From a virus, in the IMG/VR virus record IMGVR_UViG_3300037467_001655: a stretch of DNA of 64,000 nt. One strand, given 5' to 3'. The notes beneath the pieces are model-generated. The model saw nothing but the letters and a program-made list of their open reading frames with translations. It was not told the DNA's origin and did no database searches. This document shows, one piece after another, positions 60,776 to 64,000 of this stretch. How positions within the stretch are numbered: position 1 is the stretch's first letter; each line of letters opens with the position of its first letter. A program made the translations under genes and the position numbers.

Positions 60776-62031
60776 GACTGCCGCCCCCGCACGCTGATCT
60801 GCACGGTGAAATCGATGCCCGGCTCGTGCTGCGCGACCAGCTCCCAGCACTGCCCGGCATCCAGAACTACGGGTGTCCATGGCGCGCCGGTGGGGGTGTG
60901 GACGATGCCCTCCTGCCGCACCTGCCGCCCGTTCACCAGGCCGTAGGGTCGGCCCAGCACGCTGTCCGCGACGATCGTCGACCCGGCCGGCATACCGGCC
61001 AGCGACAGGAACCCGGTCCGGTCGCAGGCGGCGTCCGATCCGCACGGCCGGAACCAGAAATTCACCGAGACCAGGTCGGCACCGGCGGTGACGGTGAGGG
61101 TGACCGTTTCGTCCCGGCACATGACACCTTCCGCCGCCGGCACCTGCGCCACCCGGGTCTGCACCTCGCACACCGGGATACAGCCCGCGCACACCGGCGG
61201 CTGCACCGCGGTCACATCCACGGTCGCCGGGATGCACACCGCCGACGCCAGCACCGGGATGTCCTCGCACGACGCGGGGTCGTCGCAGTCCGGCGGGTGC
61301 GCCCACTCGATGGACTCGGTGACCGACGAACCCCACACGACCGTCCTCGACGTGGCTGGGCCGTACACGTACGGATCGAGGACGCCCATCTCCCAGTCGA
61401 TGGCCTTCACCGCGCCCTGCCGGTGCTGTTGGCCCCGCGTCCCGAACGACTTCGTTTCCCGGATTTCCCGGGTGTACACGACCCGCGACATCACGCGCCG
61501 CAGCAGCGCAGGGTCGGCGGCCGAATCCTCCGGGTGCGCCGCGAGGTATTCCAGGGTGGTCCCGGCCAGACTGGTGGCGTCGCGCAACCGGCAACCCAGC
61601 CACTCCATCCCGTATTGGACGCCTGCGTTCGTGCAGCCGATCAGAATCGCCTGAATGGTCAGCGAACGTGCCTTGTCCCGATGCGCGCCGGTCACACCGC
61701 CCGCGCAGATTGCGTCGGAGATCTGCCGATCCACCGGCGCCGGACCGAACCCATCCGTCGCGGTAACCCAGACGCCGAGGAATTCCTCGCTCTGCGGGAT
61801 CGTCGGGTCGTACCAGGGCGCGGAGGTCAGCGTGTACGGCTGCTCATCGCCGAGGAACACCGCGAGGCCGGGCCAGGAATCGTCGTAGTTGATGTAGCCC
61901 CGGGGCACGGTGCATCGGCACTGCGCCAGAGCTTCCTCCATCGATTGCGGCACACCCGGACGCGCGTGCGCGACCAGCCGCGACGTGTTCGTCAGCTCGC
62001 GGCCGGCGAGAGCGAGATAGCCACGGAACAC
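60772..62031 (-). CDS. Minor tail protein (distal tail-like, Cys-rich)
   Basis: MFRGYLALAGRELTNTSRL; APWYDP.IPQS.EFLGVW. Confidence 0.85.
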   Translation of the reverse strand: MFRGYLALAGRELTNTSRLVAHARPGVPQSMEEALAQCRCTVPRGYINYDDSWPGLAVFLGDEQPYTLTSAPWYDPTIPQSEEFLGVWVTATDGFGPAPVDRQISDAICAGGVTGAHRDKARSLTIQAILIGCTNAGVQYGMEWLGCRLRDATSLAGTTLEYLAAHPEDSAADPALLRRVMSRVVYTREIRETKSFGTRGQQHRQGAVKAIDWEMGVLDPYVYGPATSRTVVWGSSVTESIEWAHPPDCDDPASCEDIPVLASAVCIPATVDVTAVQPPVCAGCIPVCEVQTRVAQVPAAEGVMCRDETVTLTVTAGADLVSVNFWFRPCGSDAACDRTGFLSLAGMPAGSTIVADSVLGRPYGLVNGRQVRQEGIVHTPTGAPWTPVVLDAGQCWELVAQHEPGIDFTVQISVRGRQS

Positions 62032-62034
62032 CCG

Positions 62035-62178
62035 CTACTCCTCGTCCGCGACGACGGGCGAGGGTGGGGTCAGGCCGACCACGCCGAGATACGAAGGCTC
62101 GGGTTCGTGGTCCTCGGGCACGGCGTCAGTGCTCGACACCGACCGCTGCGCCAGGTCAACGACCTGATATTGATCCAC
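62035..62178 (-). CDS. 47-aa small protein after TMP
   Basis: GGAGG RBS; MDQYQVVDLAQRSVSSTDAVPEDHEPEPSYLGVVGLTPPSPVVADEE. Confidence 0.6.
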   Translation of the reverse strand: MDQYQVVDLAQRSVSSTDAVPEDHEPEPSYLGVVGLTPPSPVVADEE

Positions 62179-62187
62179 ACCAGCCTC

Positions 62188-64000
62188 CTACAACAGGCTC
62201 AACAGGGAGTCGCGGACCGCGCCCGGACCGCCAGCGCCGACGTACTGAATGGGGGCGTTGATAGTCGTGGGCCCGCGGCGGCCCCACGACTCCATCGCGT
62301 CCACGAGCCGCCCGAAGTCCTCGGTCTGCTTCGGCGACAGCACTCGTTCCGGGCTGATGGTGTTTTTCGGCAGGAAGCCGATACCGTTCGCCACACCGCC
62401 GGAGTCGAAGCTGTCGATGGCCGCGCCCGCGCCGACCGCGATACCGGACACCACCACCGCCGCCAGGCCGGCCAGCGCCGCACCGACCACGGCGCCGATC
62501 GCCGCGCCGATGGCGGTGCCGATGCCGGGGATGATGGAGCCGATGGCGGCGCCGATCGCGGTGACGACGAGCTGGATCATCGCCGACAGGATCGCGGTCA
62601 GGATCGGGATCAGCACCGCCGTAATCAGGTACCGCAGAACAGCTTTCATCAGAGCGGTGTTCAACCGGTTCATTTCCTGGATGACCAGGTCGCGGCTGGA
62701 CTCGTTGCGCTGCATCAGGTCCGCGGTGTCAGCGACGATCCGGCCCGTCGCGTCATACGCCGCCGCCTGATCGCCCCGGAATCTCCTGATCTCGTCGTTC
62801 GCTTTGGTCAAGTTGTCCCGGATCTCGATGTTCACCCCGGTGAGGCGGACAATCATGTCGACCAGCGGGCCGCCGCTGATGTCCTTGCCGAGCGTGCCGC
62901 GCGAGTTCTGCACCTTCGAATCCTGTTGCGCGAGAGCGGCATTCGCTATCTGTTGCGCGACCTGCTGGAACGCGCTGGTGGCGGCCTGCGCGACGCTCTG
63001 CACCGCCTTGCTGATCTCGGCCACCGCATCGAACGCGCTGCCCGGCGCACCGAAAGGGCTGACCGCGCCCGGCCCCGGATTGTTGCCGCCTGGCGTGGTC
63101 TGCACCGTGCCGTTCAGGTTGTTCACGGCGGCTGTCGTGGCGTTCGCCGCGTCCACGACCAGCCCGAACCCGGAACCCAGCCAGTCCTTCACCACACCGA
63201 TCGCGGAATCGAACGCGCTCTGCATGATCGGGGTCAGCACCCCACCGGACACCCGGTTGGATATCTCGGTCAGCACGGCGCGCAGCTGCTCGGTCTGCTG
63301 CTGCGTCACCAGCTCCTGACTGGATTGCGTGCGCAGCACCAGATCCCGCGTCTGCGCCGCGATCTGCCCCGTCTGGGAGATAGCCTCCGCCGTCTGCTCC
63401 TGGAACGCCTGATCCTCCGGAGCTTTCCGCGGCTCCTGCTGCTGGATCCCCAACGCACGCGACAGTGCGTCCACGCCAGCGCTGAACACGGTGTTGGTCA
63501 ACAGGTCCGGGTCGGCCGCGCCTGGGCCGCCGCCCGCGATCTGCTGCAACGACATCACCATCGCGTCGAACAGGCGCGTCTGTTCCGGCGACAGCACGCG
63601 TTCGGGCGCGATCACGTTCTTCGGCATGAAACCGGTACCCGATGCCACACCACCGGAGTCGAACGGATTCAACGCGTCCAGCACCGCCCGGCCGGCGTCC
63701 TGCGCCTTCGTCCAGGCGGACGGCAGCAGGTCGGTAAGGCCGTCCGCCAGGCCGGTCAGGTAGTGGATACTGCCGTCTTCGAAGGTCTGTAGGAACTCGG
63801 GCGGGATCCTGCGGAACTCCGGCGGCGGCGGACCGACTTCGGAATCCACGCGCCGTTTGATCGGCTCCATGAGGCCGGTGATGACGTCGGAAATCTTCCG
63901 CGCTAGGAACCCATGCTGATCCGACACCGAGGGTCCGGAGCCGCCGCCGGTGGTCGGCTGGAAGAACCCGTTGGCGCCGATCGGCAGGCCGTACAGGGAT
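62188..64000 (-). CDS. Tape measure protein, C-terminal part (enters from beyond the window end)
   Basis: Frame open to base 64000 (SLYGLPIGANGFFQPTTGGG...); duplicated FDSGGVA.G.GF.PKN.I.PERVLSP motif; Ala/Gly/Ile-rich hydrophobic region. Confidence 0.9.
   Translation of the reverse strand, partial: SLYGLPIGANGFFQPTTGGGSGPSVSDQHGFLARKISDVITGLMEPIKRRVDSEVGPPPPEFRRIPPEFLQTFEDGSIHYLTGLADGLTDLLPSAWTKAQDAGRAVLDALNPFDSGGVASGTGFMPKNVIAPERVLSPEQTRLFDAMVMSLQQIAGGGPGAADPDLLTNTVFSAGVDALSRALGIQQQEPRKAPEDQAFQEQTAEAISQTGQIAAQTRDLVLRTQSSQELVTQQQTEQLRAVLTEISNRVSGGVLTPIMQSAFDSAIGVVKDWLGSGFGLVVDAANATTAAVNNLNGTVQTTPGGNNPGPGAVSPFGAPGSAFDAVAEISKAVQSVAQAATSAFQQVAQQIANAALAQQDSKVQNSRGTLGKDISGGPLVDMIVRLTGVNIEIRDNLTKANDEIRRFRGDQAAAYDATGRIVADTADLMQRNESSRDLVIQEMNRLNTALMKAVLRYLITAVLIPILTAILSAMIQLVVTAIGAAIGSIIPGIGTAIGAAIGAVVGAALAGLAAVVVSGIAVGAGAAIDSFDSGGVANGIGFLPKNTISPERVLSPKQTEDFGRLVDAMESWGRRGPTTINAPIQYVGAGGPGAVRDSLLSLL

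Larger units (their letters stand above)
1..64000. mobile_element. Temperate actinobacteriophage genome (siphovirus, cluster-B-like structural module), about one unit length, non-integrated (attP) configuration
   Basis: Terminase, portal, capsid, tail, lysin, integrase, repressor and replication genes all present; no host genes; TMP open at both window edges; phage genes on both sides of the att core. Confidence 0.93.

Noticed and set aside
60748-63792. 1014-aa plus-strand ORF, plus other long ORFs such as 2421-4244, 1541-2794 and 43908-45602
   Set aside because: Antisense shadows of real minus-strand genes in high-GC DNA; Arg-rich nonsense composition
1-64000. tRNA/tmRNA genes, reverse transcriptase (retron or DGR), transposases
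   Set aside because: No cloverleaf, YxDD RT motifs, TR/VR pairs or DDE transposase recognised by eye; tRNAscan and HMM searches would be needed to exclude them fully

Overview
The whole 64 kb window is phage DNA: essentially one unit-length genome of a temperate siphovirus with high GC. The host is inferred to be an actinomycete, probably Nocardia-like, from the cdd fragment, LexA-type boxes and XRE/TPR modules. No host housekeeping gene is present. The tape measure gene runs off both ends in the same orientation (5' part at 1..3634, 3' part at 62188..64000). An uninterrupted attP-like site (int, then a cdd 5' half, then the core, then more phage genes) sits at about 54.5-54.7 kb. The sequence is therefore an excised or circular genome, or a head-to-tail tandem, and not a singly integrated prophage. 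Most genes are on the minus strand. The structural module resembles mycobacteriophage cluster B: portal, MuF-protease fusion, hexamer and pentamer capsid proteins, adaptor, major tail, TMP and minor tails. The window also holds terminases, an amidase lysin, a replication/recombination block (HTH initiator with iterons, ERF, HNH, DUF2303), an immunity/integration cassette and many accessory genes. Two recurring cis-elements were found by eye. (1) A roughly 75-bp early-gene module occurs in 12 copies: a sigma70-like promoter containing an 18-bp palindromic operator TACACG-N6-CGTGTA, then a 5' leader with a GACGG/CCGTC hairpin and a CCGG-AGGAG-CCGG hairpin enclosing the RBS. It drives small unknown genes, and one such operon ends in an Aca2/DUF1870-like HTH protein, suggesting an Aca-type anti-defence regulon. 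(2) A late-promoter consensus TGCACCCC-N7-TANNNT occurs in 10 copies, mostly leaderless, in front of structural and lysis operons. All product calls come from recognising motifs by eye; no database searches were run.
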